64,000 nucleotides of DNA from an uncultured Faecalibacterium sp. (GTDB lineage Bacteria; Bacillota; Clostridia; Christensenellales; CAG-917). Positions 52,754 through 62,996 of this stretch are shown one piece after another (within the stretch, counting starts at the first letter, position 1; every line of letters begins with the position of its first letter). The stretch spans positions 8,257 to 72,256 of the forward strand of contig CAZBVO010000006.1 of NCBI GenBank assembly GCA_964495385.1, in the 5' to 3' direction. The notes under the pieces are model-generated. The model was given only the letters and a program-made list of their open reading frames with translations. It had not been told where the DNA came from and made no database searches. Made by a program: the position numbers and the translations under genes.

Positions 52754-53338
52754 ATGGAATTGCTTGAACGGCGAATTTTATCGGAAGGAAAGGTGCTTGA
52801 CGGCGGCGTCTTGAAAGTAGGAAGCTTTTTGAATCAACGCATCGACACGTCGCTGTTGGGGCAGATGGCCGATGAGGCGGCAAAGCTTTTCGAGGGCGAG
52901 GCCGTCGACAAAATTCTTACCGTCGAGGCATCGGGAATCGCCTTTGCCGTAGCGGTGGCCTTAAAATTTAAGGCAGACGTGGTGGTTGCGAAAAAACACC
53001 GTTCGTCCAACGTTTCGGGTGATTGCTTCGAGGCGGAAGCGGCAAGTTTCACGCACGGCGGAACAAACAAAATTATTGTCGAGAAGGATTATCTTTCAAA
53101 AGGCGACAGAATTTTGATATGCGACGATTTTTTGGCCGAAGGCAATGCGATGCAGGCACTTTTGGACATCGCGGCCGAGGCGCAGGCTCGAGTTGTGGGC
53201 TGTTTGGCGGAAATAGAAAAAGGCTTCCAGGGCGGAGGCGACAGATTGAGAGATAAGGGTGTGAACGTTAAGTCTTTGGCGATAGTAGAGGATATGTCGG
53301 ACGGGAAAATAGTTTTCCGGCAAAACAACCGAATGTAA
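52754..53338 (+). CDS. xpt: xanthine phosphoribosyltransferase
   Basis: MELLERRILSEGKVLDGGVLKVGSFLNQRID...ILICDDFLAEGNA (PRPP motif). ATG 52754 follows AAGGAG. The track's 52508 start would read through the riboswitch and terminator. Confidence 0.92.
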   Translation: MELLERRILSEGKVLDGGVLKVGSFLNQRIDTSLLGQMADEAAKLFEGEAVDKILTVEASGIAFAVAVALKFKADVVVAKKHRSSNVSGDCFEAEAASFTHGGTNKIIVEKDYLSKGDRILICDDFLAEGNAMQALLDIAAEAQARVVGCLAEIEKGFQGGGDRLRDKGVNVKSLAIVEDMSDGKIVFRQNNRM

Positions 53339-53382
53339 ATTTTTTACATAAAACTAAACTGGCGAAAGCCGAAGGAGACACT

Positions 53383-54672
53383 ATGAAAAAGATTTTTAGT
53401 TTACTGTTGTGTGTAGCGGTTATTGCGGGCATGTGCGTAAGTTTTGCTGCTTGCGGCGGCGACAGCGATGCGGACATCACGGTCGGCGTCATCTGGGTGG
53501 GCGACATCACCGAAGGCTACACCGAAGCACACATCAAGGGTGTTGAACAAGCAGTTGCCAACATCGAAGCTTCCGGCAAAAAAGTGAAAGTTATCACCAA
53601 AGAAAAGGTCAAGGAAGACGATTCTTGTTTGACTGCCGCCAAGGATTTGGTTGCAGAAGGCTGCTCGCTTATCTTCTCCAACAGCTATGGCCATCAGGAT
53701 TTTATGCACATTGCGGCTCAGGAATATCCTGAAGTTACTTTTGTTGCCTGCACCGGCGATTATGCCGCTTTGACAGGTCTTAACAACTACAAAAACGCAT
53801 TCACCTACTGCTACGAAGGCAGATACGTCAGCGGTGTGGTTGCGGGTATGAAGCTTAAAGAGCTTATGGACAACGGCACCGTTTCCAAAACCGCAACTCC
53901 GTCCAGCTTTGACGGCGACAACGTAAAAATCGGTTACGTCGGCGCATACACTTATGCCGAAGTTATTTCGGGTTACACCGCATTCTTGCTTGGCGTAAGA
54001 TCCATCGTTCCAAACGTTGTAATGCAGGTTCAGTTCACCGATAGCTGGTTCAATATCGACGACGAAGCCGCTGCGGCAAAAATTTTGGTCAACAACGGTT
54101 GCGTCATCATCGGTCAGCACGCCGACAGCACGGGCGCTCCGTCCCAGGTCGAACAGCTGCTTAAAGAAGGCAAGGTTTGCTATTCCGTCGGATACAACGT
54201 CGATATGCTTTCGGTTGCTCCTAACGCGGCTTTGACTTCCGCAACCAACGATTGGTCCGTTTATTACGAATATGCAATCCGAGCAGCTTTGGCAGGCGAA
54301 GAAATTTCCGTCAACTGGGCAAAGGGCTACGGCCGCACGGCAACTGAAAGCGATGCAGTAGGCATCACCACGCTCGGTCAATCCGTTGCAACAGGCACCG
54401 AACAAAAGGTCAACGAAGTTATCGCAAGCATCAAAGCAGGCACTTTGCACGTTTTCGATTGCAGCACCTTCACGGTAGACGGCGCAAGCCTTACCACGAT
54501 GTCGTTTGACTCGACCATCATCGATTTTTCTACTGGCAACGTTAAATTCCAAGGCAGCGTAAACGAAGCAATCAAAACCGACGGCAACGTTAAATATTTT
54601 GCCGAATCCGAATTCCGCTCCGCACCGTACTTCTCGTTGAAAATCGACGGAATCGTTTGGCTTAACAAATAA
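53383..54672 (+). CDS. BMP-family (PnrA/Med-like) nucleoside-binding lipoprotein of an ABC importer
   Basis: Signal peptide plus lipobox (VSFAAC), then VGVIWVGDITEGYTEAH and FTDSWF, typical BMP-family features. 429 aa, longer than usual. Confidence 0.85.
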   Translation: MKKIFSLLLCVAVIAGMCVSFAACGGDSDADITVGVIWVGDITEGYTEAHIKGVEQAVANIEASGKKVKVITKEKVKEDDSCLTAAKDLVAEGCSLIFSNSYGHQDFMHIAAQEYPEVTFVACTGDYAALTGLNNYKNAFTYCYEGRYVSGVVAGMKLKELMDNGTVSKTATPSSFDGDNVKIGYVGAYTYAEVISGYTAFLLGVRSIVPNVVMQVQFTDSWFNIDDEAAAAKILVNNGCVIIGQHADSTGAPSQVEQLLKEGKVCYSVGYNVDMLSVAPNAALTSATNDWSVYYEYAIRAALAGEEISVNWAKGYGRTATESDAVGITTLGQSVATGTEQKVNEVIASIKAGTLHVFDCSTFTVDGASLTTMSFDSTIIDFSTGNVKFQGSVNEAIKTDGNVKYFAESEFRSAPYFSLKIDGIVWLNK

Positions 54673-54689
54673 TTTTCACCAAAACAAAA

Positions 54690-54729
54690 GGAGAGGCGAG
54701 CAAATCGCCTCTCCGCTATTTCTTTTTTT
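54690..54729 (+). terminator. intra-operon hairpin between the binding-protein and ATPase genes
   Basis: ggagaggcga/tcgcctctcc 10-bp stem. The T7 run starts 7 nt downstream, so this is more likely a partial terminator or mRNA stabiliser. Confidence 0.45.
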
Positions 54730-54738
54730 GAGTTTAAA

Positions 54739-56289
54739 ATGGAACAAAACGTAAAACAGGCCATAAGGCTGAGAAACATTTCTAAAAGGTTTGGCGACGT
54801 TTACGCCAACAAAAACATTGACATCGAAATCAATTACGGTGAAATTTTGTCGCTTTTGGGTGAAAACGGGAGCGGCAAAACCACCCTTATGAATATACTT
54901 TCGGGCATTTATTATCCCGACGAAGGCACCGTTGAAGTGAATGGTGAAGAGGTTAAAATTCTATCTCCGAAGGACAGTTTTGACCTCGGGATAGGCATGG
55001 TTCATCAGCACTTTAAGCTGGTGGACGTTTTTACCGCAACCGAAAACATCGTATTGGGGCTTAAGGGCAAATTTGTGCTCGACAGAAAGCAGGCGGCAAA
55101 AAAAATCAAGGAGCTTGCCGACAGATACGGCTTTGACATCGATCCCGACAAAAAGATTTACGATATGTCCGTATCTGAAAAACAAACGGTTGAAATCGTT
55201 AAGATTTTGTATAGGGGCGCAAACATACTTATCCTTGACGAGCCTACCGCTGTTTTGACACCGCAAGAAACGGAAAAGCTGTTTAAAGTGCTTAAACGCA
55301 TGAAAGAAGACGGCAAATCGGTTATTATCATCACCCACAAGCTTAATGAAGTCATGGAGATTTCCGACCGAGTGGCGATACTGAGGAAGGGCGAATTCGT
55401 TGCCTCTGTTGCCACAAACAAAACTTCCGAAACCGAACTTACCGAAATGATGGTGGGCGAAAAAGTGGAGCTTAACATCCGTCGCAGCGAGCCTAAGGAC
55501 CGAAAAGTTAAGCTTGAAATACGCAATTTGACTTGTCGCGACAAATACGGAGTGACGGCTTTGGACAACGTTTCGTTTGACGTTTTCAGCGGCGAAATTT
55601 TGGGCATAGCAGGCGTTTCGGGAAGCGGTCAGCGCGAATTGCTCGAATCGGTTGCGGGTTTGCAAAAGTGCGCAGACGGCAGTGTAATCGACTATTGCCA
55701 CAACGACGGTTCGGTGCATCATCTTACCTCCAAGTCGCCGAGGGAGATAAAAGACTTGGGAATATCGCTCGCATTCGTTCCCGAGGACAGGTTGGGCATG
55801 GGGCTTGTCGGAAACATGGGCATGACCGGCAATATGCTTATAAGAAGTTATCGCAACGGCCATCTGCCGTTTTTGGATACGGTATCGCCTAAAAATCTGG
55901 CAACGGACATCAAAGAAAGGCTGTCGGTTTTGACGCCGTCGGTGTCCACGCCGGTGCGCAGGCTTTCGGGCGGCAACGTTCAAAAAGTTTTGGTCGGGCG
56001 CGAAATCGCCAATGCGCCGTCGGTGCTTATGACCGCTTACGCCGTGCGAGGATTGGATATCAACACGTCGTACGTTATCTACAACATTTTGAACGAGCAG
56101 AAAGAAAAGGGCGTTGCTGTCGTTTACGTCGGAGAAGATTTGGACGTGCTGCTTGCGCTTTCCGACAGAATACTTGTGCTTTGCGGCGGCAAGGTCAGCG
56201 GAATTGTCGATGCACGGACCGCAACCAAACAACAGATTGGCGCACTTATGACAAAGCATACGGAGGGACGTGATGAACTCAACGGCTAA
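54739..56289 (+). CDS. ABC transporter ATP-binding protein (duplicated ATPase)
   Basis: 516 aa. GENGSGKTT Walker A, LSVSEKQ signature and ILILDEPT in the first half. GVSGSGQ, LSGGNVQK and the second Walker B in the second half. Confidence 0.9.
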   Translation: MEQNVKQAIRLRNISKRFGDVYANKNIDIEINYGEILSLLGENGSGKTTLMNILSGIYYPDEGTVEVNGEEVKILSPKDSFDLGIGMVHQHFKLVDVFTATENIVLGLKGKFVLDRKQAAKKIKELADRYGFDIDPDKKIYDMSVSEKQTVEIVKILYRGANILILDEPTAVLTPQETEKLFKVLKRMKEDGKSVIIITHKLNEVMEISDRVAILRKGEFVASVATNKTSETELTEMMVGEKVELNIRRSEPKDRKVKLEIRNLTCRDKYGVTALDNVSFDVFSGEILGIAGVSGSGQRELLESVAGLQKCADGSVIDYCHNDGSVHHLTSKSPREIKDLGISLAFVPEDRLGMGLVGNMGMTGNMLIRSYRNGHLPFLDTVSPKNLATDIKERLSVLTPSVSTPVRRLSGGNVQKVLVGREIANAPSVLMTAYAVRGLDINTSYVIYNILNEQKEKGVAVVYVGEDLDVLLALSDRILVLCGGKVSGIVDARTATKQQIGALMTKHTEGRDELNG

Positions 56290-57418
56290 CAAAGCGGCAA
56301 AAACACCGCTCATTCGTATATCTCAACGCAACGAAATGCCTCTAAAAAAGAAGATTGTCGTAAGGCTTGCGGCAATAGGAGCGGCATTGGTTTTGGATTT
56401 GTTGTTTATTTTGATTGTTTCGGGCAAAAATCCGTTTGTCGCATTCGGAAAAATTTTTGAAGGAACTTTCGGCAACGGAATCAAATTTACCGAAACCGTA
56501 AAAGAAACGGTTTTGCTGTTGGGCGTCGCTCTTGCGCTTTATCCTGCCTACAAAATGAAGTTTTGGAACATCGGCGGGCAGGGACAAATTTTGATGGGCG
56601 CACTTGCGGCGGCGGCAATAATGAAAAAATTTCCGTCACTGCCAAACTTCGTTTTGATTTTGTTTATGCTTTTGGCGGCGATAGCGGCAGGCGCGGTTTG
56701 GGGATTGATTCCTGCAATTTTTAAAGCGTATTGGAACACCAACGAAACACTGTTCACCCTTATGATGAACTACATCGCCATCGAGTTTGTCATTTTGTAC
56801 GTCGAAAAAAACAGAGGGCTAAACTCGTCCAGTCTGGGCATCATAAATCAAGTAAACAAGGCCGGCTGGCTGCCTACGTTGGGCAATTCGGCCGTTTTGC
56901 CTGCAATTTTGATAGGCATTGTGTTGGCGTCCATGTATTTTTACGTCAATCGCAGCAAGCACGGCTACGAAGTTACGGTTGTGGGCGAAAGCCTCAACAC
57001 GGCCAGATACGCCGGCATAAACGTCAAGGCGGTTGTTATGCGCACCATGGCAATATCGGGCGGCGTGTGCGGACTTATCGGATTTATCTACGTCTCCGGT
57101 TTAAACCACACGATCAGCGAAAGCACATCGGGAGGCTACGGCTTCACGGCGGTTATCGTTTGTTGGCTGGCCAACCTCAACCCGTTTATGATGATTGTTT
57201 ATTCGGCGGTCGTAGTGTTCTTCCAAAAGGGCGGCATGAGCTTGCAAAGCAGCAAACTGTCTGCCGCACTCAACAGCTATTCGTCCGAAATTATAATTGC
57301 AGTTTTTCTGTTCAGCCTGCTTATAAGCAATTTCTTTGTGCGCTACGAAGTGAAGTTTAGAAGCAAAGACGACCAAAAAACCGCAGAGGAGGGAAAGGGA
57401 TATGGTAACGTTCGATAG
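56273..57418 (+). CDS. ABC transporter permease
   Basis: About 381 aa polytopic protein, overlapping the ATPase gene end. The exact start is uncertain (GTG 56270 or ATG 56273). Confidence 0.85.
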   Translation: MNSTANKAAKTPLIRISQRNEMPLKKKIVVRLAAIGAALVLDLLFILIVSGKNPFVAFGKIFEGTFGNGIKFTETVKETVLLLGVALALYPAYKMKFWNIGGQGQILMGALAAAAIMKKFPSLPNFVLILFMLLAAIAAGAVWGLIPAIFKAYWNTNETLFTLMMNYIAIEFVILYVEKNRGLNSSSLGIINQVNKAGWLPTLGNSAVLPAILIGIVLASMYFYVNRSKHGYEVTVVGESLNTARYAGINVKAVVMRTMAISGGVCGLIGFIYVSGLNHTISESTSGGYGFTAVIVCWLANLNPFMMIVYSAVVVFFQKGGMSLQSSKLSAALNSYSSEIIIAVFLFSLLISNFFVRYEVKFRSKDDQKTAEEGKGYGNVR

Positions 57419-58403
57419 CATAATTTCCTGGATTATGTCGTCCGTGGTTTTCGGAACGATAATAATGCTGTCCTCGTGCGGCGAAATTTTGACGGAAAAA
57501 TCCGGCCACCTCAATTTGGGCGTTCCGGGCATAATGTACATAAGCGGCTTTTCGGCGTTTTACATGGCATACAGCTACGAAAATTCCACCGAAAACCCTT
57601 CGGCGTTTTTGGGCATCGTGATCCCTTTGCTGACCGCATTGGCGGTGGGCGCATTGTTCGGATTGTTGTACAGCGTCATGACAACCACTTTCAGGTGCAA
57701 TCAAAACGTCGTCGGCCTTATAATAACCAGTCTCGGCGTCGGCATGGGCAAATTTTTGTCCGGAGTGCTGTTTACGCAGGCAAGCGCAAAAGCGGCGTTT
57801 ACGGCGGAAATTTTCACCAAAAGTTTGCCGATAAGTTTCAAAAGCAACGTTTTGCAGGGGCTTTGGAACGTCGTGTTCGGTTACGGATTTATGGTGTATT
57901 TTGCGATTGTAATTGCCGTGCTGTTGCATTTGTTTTTGACAAAAACAAGGCCGGGGCTTAATCTTCGCGCCGTGGGCGAAAGTCCTGCAACGGCAGATGC
58001 GGCCGGCATAAACGTAACGAAATATAAATACGTCGCAACCGTCACGGGCTGTGCGCTTTGCGGTTTGGCGAGCATTGTTTATCTGTTTATGTTCTCGGGC
58101 GGCGGCGGACTTTGGGCCACCACCAACAACATCGAGGCAATCGGCTGGCTTGCCGTGGCTCTCGTAATCTTTTCGACCTGGAAACCGGTGAACCTGATTT
58201 GGGGCTCCTATTTGTTCGGCCTTTTGTATTGGGCGTACAATTTTGCTCCGTCGGTTTTCAAAATTTCCTTGCCGGTGCAGATATGGCAGATGTTGCCGTA
58301 TATCGTAACGATAGTGGTTTTGATTTTGACCAGTATGCGCAAAAAGCGCGAAAATCAACCGCCTTCGGGATTGGGCGTACCGTATTTCAGGGAAGAACGA
58401 TAA
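57402..58403 (+). CDS. ABC transporter permease
   Basis: 333 aa polytopic protein. GAGGGAAAGGGAT precedes the ATG. Overlaps the upstream permease gene. Confidence 0.87.
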   Translation: MVTFDSIISWIMSSVVFGTIIMLSSCGEILTEKSGHLNLGVPGIMYISGFSAFYMAYSYENSTENPSAFLGIVIPLLTALAVGALFGLLYSVMTTTFRCNQNVVGLIITSLGVGMGKFLSGVLFTQASAKAAFTAEIFTKSLPISFKSNVLQGLWNVVFGYGFMVYFAIVIAVLLHLFLTKTRPGLNLRAVGESPATADAAGINVTKYKYVATVTGCALCGLASIVYLFMFSGGGGLWATTNNIEAIGWLAVALVIFSTWKPVNLIWGSYLFGLLYWAYNFAPSVFKISLPVQIWQMLPYIVTIVVLILTSMRKKRENQPPSGLGVPYFREER

Positions 58404-58409
58404 GTTTTG

Positions 58410-58437
58410 TCCGACCGCATTGCGGTCGGATTTTTTT
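58410..58437 (+). terminator. intrinsic terminator ending the xpt/ABC operon
   Basis: tccgaccgc/gcggtcgga stem followed by TTTTTTT. Confidence 0.75.
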
Positions 58438-58496
58438 GTTTTGTCTCCACAAAAAAACAGGTTGAAATCGGCGGTAGGTTGTGTTACAATAAAAAT

Positions 58497-59204
58497 ATGG
58501 AAATTCAATCTGCACACGATTACGATTTGTTTGTCGAAAGACTTTTTGCGGCACGTTCGGACGAGGAGTATCTCCAAATGAACAAACGCATCACGCGCAC
58601 CAATCAAAAAATGATAGGGGTGCGCACTCCCGACATGCGAAAAATAGCAAAAGAAATCGTCCGCGACAATGCGGTCGAGGGTTTGTTCAGGTTTGGTTCG
58701 GAAGAGTATTTCGAGGAAACCACCGTCCGAGGTCTTGCACTCGGCGGACTTAAGGATGCCGAGCAAATAACGTCGCTTTTGCCTCGGTTTATTCCGTCCG
58801 TCGACAACTGGGCCACCTGCGACGTAACCTGCGGCGCCTTAAAGGCGTTTGACAAAAACGCAGATACCTATTTTGACTGCTTTGCCACTTTAACCAAGTC
58901 AAAAGCGGAGTTTAGCGCCCGATTCGGTTTTATAATGCTTATGTGCCATTATCTCGACGAAAAGCACGTCGACGAAATTTTGCGCCTGGCAAAAGAGTGC
59001 GAAAACCACGCTTATTACGTTGATATGGGGGTTGCCTGGTTGCTTGCTACGGCCATGGCAAAGTTTGAGGATAAAGTTTTGGAATTGTTAAACGAGCGGA
59101 CGCTTACCAAATTCGTGCAAAACAAAACCGTGCAAAAAGCACGGGAAAGTTTCAGAATTCCGAGCAAAACAAAACAAAAAATTTTGGAGTACAAAATTGT
59201 CTGA
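58497..59204 (+). CDS. DNA alkylation repair protein (AlkD-like HEAT repeats)
   Basis: MIGVRTPDMRKIAKEI...VDNWATCDV...ARFGFIMLM...WLLA, the pattern of the DNA alkylation repair enzyme family. Confidence 0.8.
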   Translation: MEIQSAHDYDLFVERLFAARSDEEYLQMNKRITRTNQKMIGVRTPDMRKIAKEIVRDNAVEGLFRFGSEEYFEETTVRGLALGGLKDAEQITSLLPRFIPSVDNWATCDVTCGALKAFDKNADTYFDCFATLTKSKAEFSARFGFIMLMCHYLDEKHVDEILRLAKECENHAYYVDMGVAWLLATAMAKFEDKVLELLNERTLTKFVQNKTVQKARESFRIPSKTKQKILEYKIV

Positions 59205-59895
59205 ATCATACCAAATTAAAGTTATCGCAAGGATAAAAAACGATTTTAAATCAAAATTCGGCGTGCCTCGGCAAAGCGGCACAACTGCCGTGCAGTCTGT
59301 TGTGGTGTTCGAACCGGAATATCGCAACGCCGATGCGCTTAGAGGGCTTGAGGAGTTTAGTCACGTTTGGCTTTTGTGGTGTTTTGACCGAAACAAAACC
59401 GAAGGGTTTTCGCCGACGGTCAGGCCGCCGAGGCTCGGAGGCAACAAAAGAGTGGGTGTTTTTGCAACCCGAAGCCCCAATCGCCCCAACCCGATAGGGC
59501 TTTCGAGCGTAAGGCTTTGTGAGATAAAAAAGACCGTCGATTTAGGCACCGTACTTGTGGTTGAGGGGGCCGACCTTATGGACGGCACCGCCATATTCGA
59601 CGTCAAGCCTTATTTGCCTTATTCCGACCTGCATTCGGAAGCGACGGGCGGCTTTACCGATACTCACGAACGAAAAAAACTCGAGGTAAAATTTTTGTGC
59701 GAAACCGAAAGTTTGGTTGGTCAAAAAACTCTTTCGTCGCTAAAGCAGGTGCTGTCGGAGGATCCTCGCCCTGCTTATCAAGCGGACGAAAACCGTGAAT
59801 ACGGTCTGGATTTTGCCGACCTTTCGGTGCGGTTTAAAGTGTCGGGCGAGTTGCTTACGGTGATTTCGATTGAAAAGTCCGACGCAAAATTTTAA
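59197..59895 (+). CDS. trmO: tRNA (t6A37-N6)-methyltransferase TrmO
   Basis: 232 aa. FGVPRQSG...EFSHVWLLWCFD...RPPRLGGNKRVGVFATRSPNRPNPIG (TsaA/YaeB fold). TTG start overlaps the upstream gene. Confidence 0.88.
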   Translation: MSESYQIKVIARIKNDFKSKFGVPRQSGTTAVQSVVVFEPEYRNADALRGLEEFSHVWLLWCFDRNKTEGFSPTVRPPRLGGNKRVGVFATRSPNRPNPIGLSSVRLCEIKKTVDLGTVLVVEGADLMDGTAIFDVKPYLPYSDLHSEATGGFTDTHERKKLEVKFLCETESLVGQKTLSSLKQVLSEDPRPAYQADENREYGLDFADLSVRFKVSGELLTVISIEKSDAKF

Positions 59896-59930
59896 ATTAA
59901 ATTTGACAACAAAAAAAGAATGGGCACGGC

Positions 59931-60797
59931 TCATTCTTTTCTGTATTCGGACGGGGTTTGATTGTATTGCTTTTTGAAAGCTTCGGCAAAGTAACTGCTT
60001 CCGCAAAAACCCGTGGCGTGTGCAATTTCCGTAACCGACATATCGGTGTTTTTCAAAAGCTCGGTGCTTTTGTTTAGGCGATATTGCAAAAGATAGGCGT
60101 TGGGCGTTCGGCTTGTGTATTTTTTAAACAGCCTGCAACATTTGCTTTGCCCGACGGCACCGTAGGCGGCGATGTCCGAAAGTGAAAGGTTTTCGGCATA
60201 ATCGGTTTGGATGAGGCCTATCATCCGTTTGACGGCAAATATGTCGGCACTTTGATAAGTCGGTTTTTCGCTTTGCGGCACGGTGTCGAAAAGAGCGCTC
60301 CACAGTTTCAAAAAACAACTTTGCACAATCAACGGTGCGGTTTTTAGGCCGTGCGCCGCTTCCATTTGAAAAATAAGGGACAACGCTTCTTTCCCGAATT
60401 CGGTCTGTTCGGTCAAAACGACGTACGGAAGCCCTTCCGAATCGATAACGGGGCGCACGAAATCCCTTTCGAATGCCGACGTCGTGCAAAGCAACATCGG
60501 ATGCAACAAAATGCACACAAACGAGCATTCCTTCTTTAAATCCGAAAAACCGAAGTGAAGCTGCCGGGAATTCACCAATATGCCTTCGCCTGCGTTAAGA
60601 GTTACTACGTCGCCGTTGACGTTGTACTGCATGCGGCCTTCGTAAACGGCAATAAGTTCGATGTCGTCGTGCCAGTGAGGCGGGGCGGTGAAGCCCGGAT
60701 ACAGCGACAATAAACCCCGTCTGACGTAGATAGGGTAGTCGCCGCAAGTGTAGCTGACTTTTTCGGAGCGGTCGCTGTTTAAAATCATTGAAATCAT
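59931..60797 (-). CDS. AraC-family transcriptional regulator (cupin + HTH)
   Basis: Cupin N-terminus (PHWHDDIELI) and a C-terminal double HTH (SLSDIAAYGAVGQSKCCRLFKKY...VTEIAHATGFCGSSYFAEAFKK). ATG 60797 follows GAGGA. Confidence 0.88.
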   Translation of the reverse strand: MISMILNSDRSEKVSYTCGDYPIYVRRGLLSLYPGFTAPPHWHDDIELIAVYEGRMQYNVNGDVVTLNAGEGILVNSRQLHFGFSDLKKECSFVCILLHPMLLCTTSAFERDFVRPVIDSEGLPYVVLTEQTEFGKEALSLIFQMEAAHGLKTAPLIVQSCFLKLWSALFDTVPQSEKPTYQSADIFAVKRMIGLIQTDYAENLSLSDIAAYGAVGQSKCCRLFKKYTSRTPNAYLLQYRLNKSTELLKNTDMSVTEIAHATGFCGSSYFAEAFKKQYNQTPSEYRKE

Positions 60798-60916
60798 AAA
60801 TAGTCCTCGTGCAGGATTGTTATAAAAATTCCCCGTATTATGATAGAAAAAACATTTGTTTGACGTTATAATTATAAACAGAACAATGTGCTTTGTCAAG
60901 AGGGAGGGGGAAGACT

Positions 60917-62275
60917 TTGGCCAAAAGGTCTGATTTTAAAAACAAACTCGTGGCCGTGGTTTTGCCCATAGCTTTTCAGCAATTTATGCTGGCGGCGGTA
61001 AGTGCCTCCGATGCGATAATGCTTGGCATTTCGGACCAGAATGCTTTGTCGGCCGTGTCGCTTGCGGGGCAGGTTTCTTTTGTCGAAAATTTGTTTTTGG
61101 CGGCAATGACGATAGGGTTTTCGATGTTTGCCGCACAGTATTGGGGCAAGGGCGACGGCGAGTCGGTTGAAAAGTTGTTCAATTACGTGTTGAAAATTTC
61201 GGCGGCTGTTTCGGGAGTGTTTTTCGTCGTTACCTTGACGGTGCCCGAATTGTCGATGCGTATTTTCACGACGGAGCCTCTGCTTGTCGAGTACGGAGCA
61301 AAGTATTTGCGCATCGTATCGCCGTCCTATCTGTTGACGGGAGTGTCGCAAATATATTTAAGTGTTTTAAAAAACACCGACCGAGCGGCAAAGGCCAACG
61401 TCATAAGCTCGTTTTGCGTGGTGCTGAATATTGCGTTAAACGCTGTTTTGATTTTCGGAAAATTAAATATGCCGAAAATGGGAATTTCCGGTGCGGCGGT
61501 TGCGACGGTTGTATCAAAGGTTGTCGAGTCGGTTTGGGCTGTGGTTTCCGTTTCGAGAAAAGGGGCAGTGAGGCCGAAAATAGCATTTTGGGGTGACAAA
61601 AATCCCGAAATCGGCCGAAAATTTTGGAAGTATACGCTTCCCGTGTTGGGCAACGAAGCCGTTTGGGGACTTGGCATGGCGGCGTTTTCGGCCATATTCG
61701 GCCGACTCGGAAAAGATGCCGTTGCGGCAAATTCCGTTGCGGCAATCGTCAAAAATCTTGCCGCGTGTTTTTGCCTCGGATTGGCCGGCGGAAGCGGCAT
61801 TATAGTGGGCAACGAACTGGGTGCCGGGCAAACCGAAAGGGCCGAAGAATACGGGAAAAAGCTTTTGCAAATTGCAGTTGTTTCGGGTTTAGTGTCGGGG
61901 CTGGCGGTTGTTGCCGTTATCCCGGCGATAAAATTTTCAGATGCCGACCTTACGGCGCAGGCAAAAGAATATCTTGTCAAAATGCTTATTGTTTGCGGCT
62001 TTTACATGGTGGGCAAGTCGGTGAACGCCACCCTTGTTTCGGGGGTGTTTTGCGCCGGGGGCGATTCGAGGTTCGGCCTAAAGTGCGACGCTGTTTCGCT
62101 GTGGTGCGGCATAATACCGGCGGCTATGCTTGCGGCATTTGTCTTTAAGGCGGACATCATCACGGTTTATGTGATAATCAGTTTGGATGAGGCGGTTAAA
62201 GTGCCGTTTGTGTTAAAACATTACAAAAAACGTCTGTGGGTAAACGATTTGACCACGGACGGCAAGGAGGGATAA
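60917..62275 (+). CDS. MATE-family efflux transporter
   Basis: About 452 aa with 12 predicted helices (LPIAFQQFMLAAVSASDAIMLG). I prefer the TTG at 60917 after GGGAGGGGG to the TTG at 60893. Confidence 0.85.
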   Translation: MAKRSDFKNKLVAVVLPIAFQQFMLAAVSASDAIMLGISDQNALSAVSLAGQVSFVENLFLAAMTIGFSMFAAQYWGKGDGESVEKLFNYVLKISAAVSGVFFVVTLTVPELSMRIFTTEPLLVEYGAKYLRIVSPSYLLTGVSQIYLSVLKNTDRAAKANVISSFCVVLNIALNAVLIFGKLNMPKMGISGAAVATVVSKVVESVWAVVSVSRKGAVRPKIAFWGDKNPEIGRKFWKYTLPVLGNEAVWGLGMAAFSAIFGRLGKDAVAANSVAAIVKNLAACFCLGLAGGSGIIVGNELGAGQTERAEEYGKKLLQIAVVSGLVSGLAVVAVIPAIKFSDADLTAQAKEYLVKMLIVCGFYMVGKSVNATLVSGVFCAGGDSRFGLKCDAVSLWCGIIPAAMLAAFVFKADIITVYVIISLDEAVKVPFVLKHYKKRLWVNDLTTDGKEG

Positions 62276-62276
62276 A

Positions 62277-62948
62277 ATGAGCAAAAAAACAGAAAGAATC
62301 AGCGATTGGGACCGCATGGTTTCGGGTAAACTTTACAACTCGGCAAGCAAGGACATTGCCGTTAAACACGCATTGGGGTTGGTTCGTTGCGACCGATTTA
62401 ACCGCATCGCACTGTGGCGAGTAGCGTCAAAGTTCAGAGCGTTGCACAAGCTTATCCCGTCGTCGAAAGGAAAGAAGCTGGGGATTTTTGCGCCGTTCTA
62501 TTGCGAATACGGCGTAAACATTCACGTCGGAGACGAGTGTTTCATCAACTATAATTGCACGTTTTTGGACGTTGCACCGATAACGCTGGAGGACGGCGTG
62601 TGGATAGGTGCCAACGTTACGCTTGCCACGCCGAATCATCCGTTCATTGCCGAAGAAAGGTTGAATGCGGATTATCCGGACGGGCGGCACGATTTGGAAT
62701 ATTCCGCTCCGATAACCGTCAAAAAGGGATGTTGGATTTGCTCGGGCGCAGTTGTTTGCGGCGGCGTTACGATAGGCGAAAACAGCATAATTGCGGCAGG
62801 TGCGGTGGTTACGAGAGATATCCCGGCCGGCTGTATCGCCGCAGGCGTTCCGGCAAAAGTTATTCGACAGATTGGCGAAAGCGATCGCATAAACGTGTGG
62901 GAAACCTATATGAAAAACGAGATGCCGATTCCTGTCGGAAAAAGATAG
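62277..62948 (+). CDS. sugar O-acetyltransferase (Maa/LacA-type left-handed beta-helix)
   Basis: 223 aa. MVSGKLYN N-terminal Mac domain and hexapeptide repeats (IGANVTLAT...GCWICSGAVVCGGVTIGENSIIAAGAVV). Confidence 0.88.
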   Translation: MSKKTERISDWDRMVSGKLYNSASKDIAVKHALGLVRCDRFNRIALWRVASKFRALHKLIPSSKGKKLGIFAPFYCEYGVNIHVGDECFINYNCTFLDVAPITLEDGVWIGANVTLATPNHPFIAEERLNADYPDGRHDLEYSAPITVKKGCWICSGAVVCGGVTIGENSIIAAGAVVTRDIPAGCIAAGVPAKVIRQIGESDRINVWETYMKNEMPIPVGKR

Positions 62949-62961
62949 TTTGTTCAAAAAC

Positions 62962-62996
62962 GGGCAGTGCGACCAAAGGTTGCGCTGCCGTTTTTT
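62962..62996 (+). terminator. intrinsic terminator after the acetyltransferase gene
   Basis: gggcagtgcgacc/ggttgcgctgccg stem (two G-U pairs) followed by TTTTTTGTTTTT. Confidence 0.6.
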
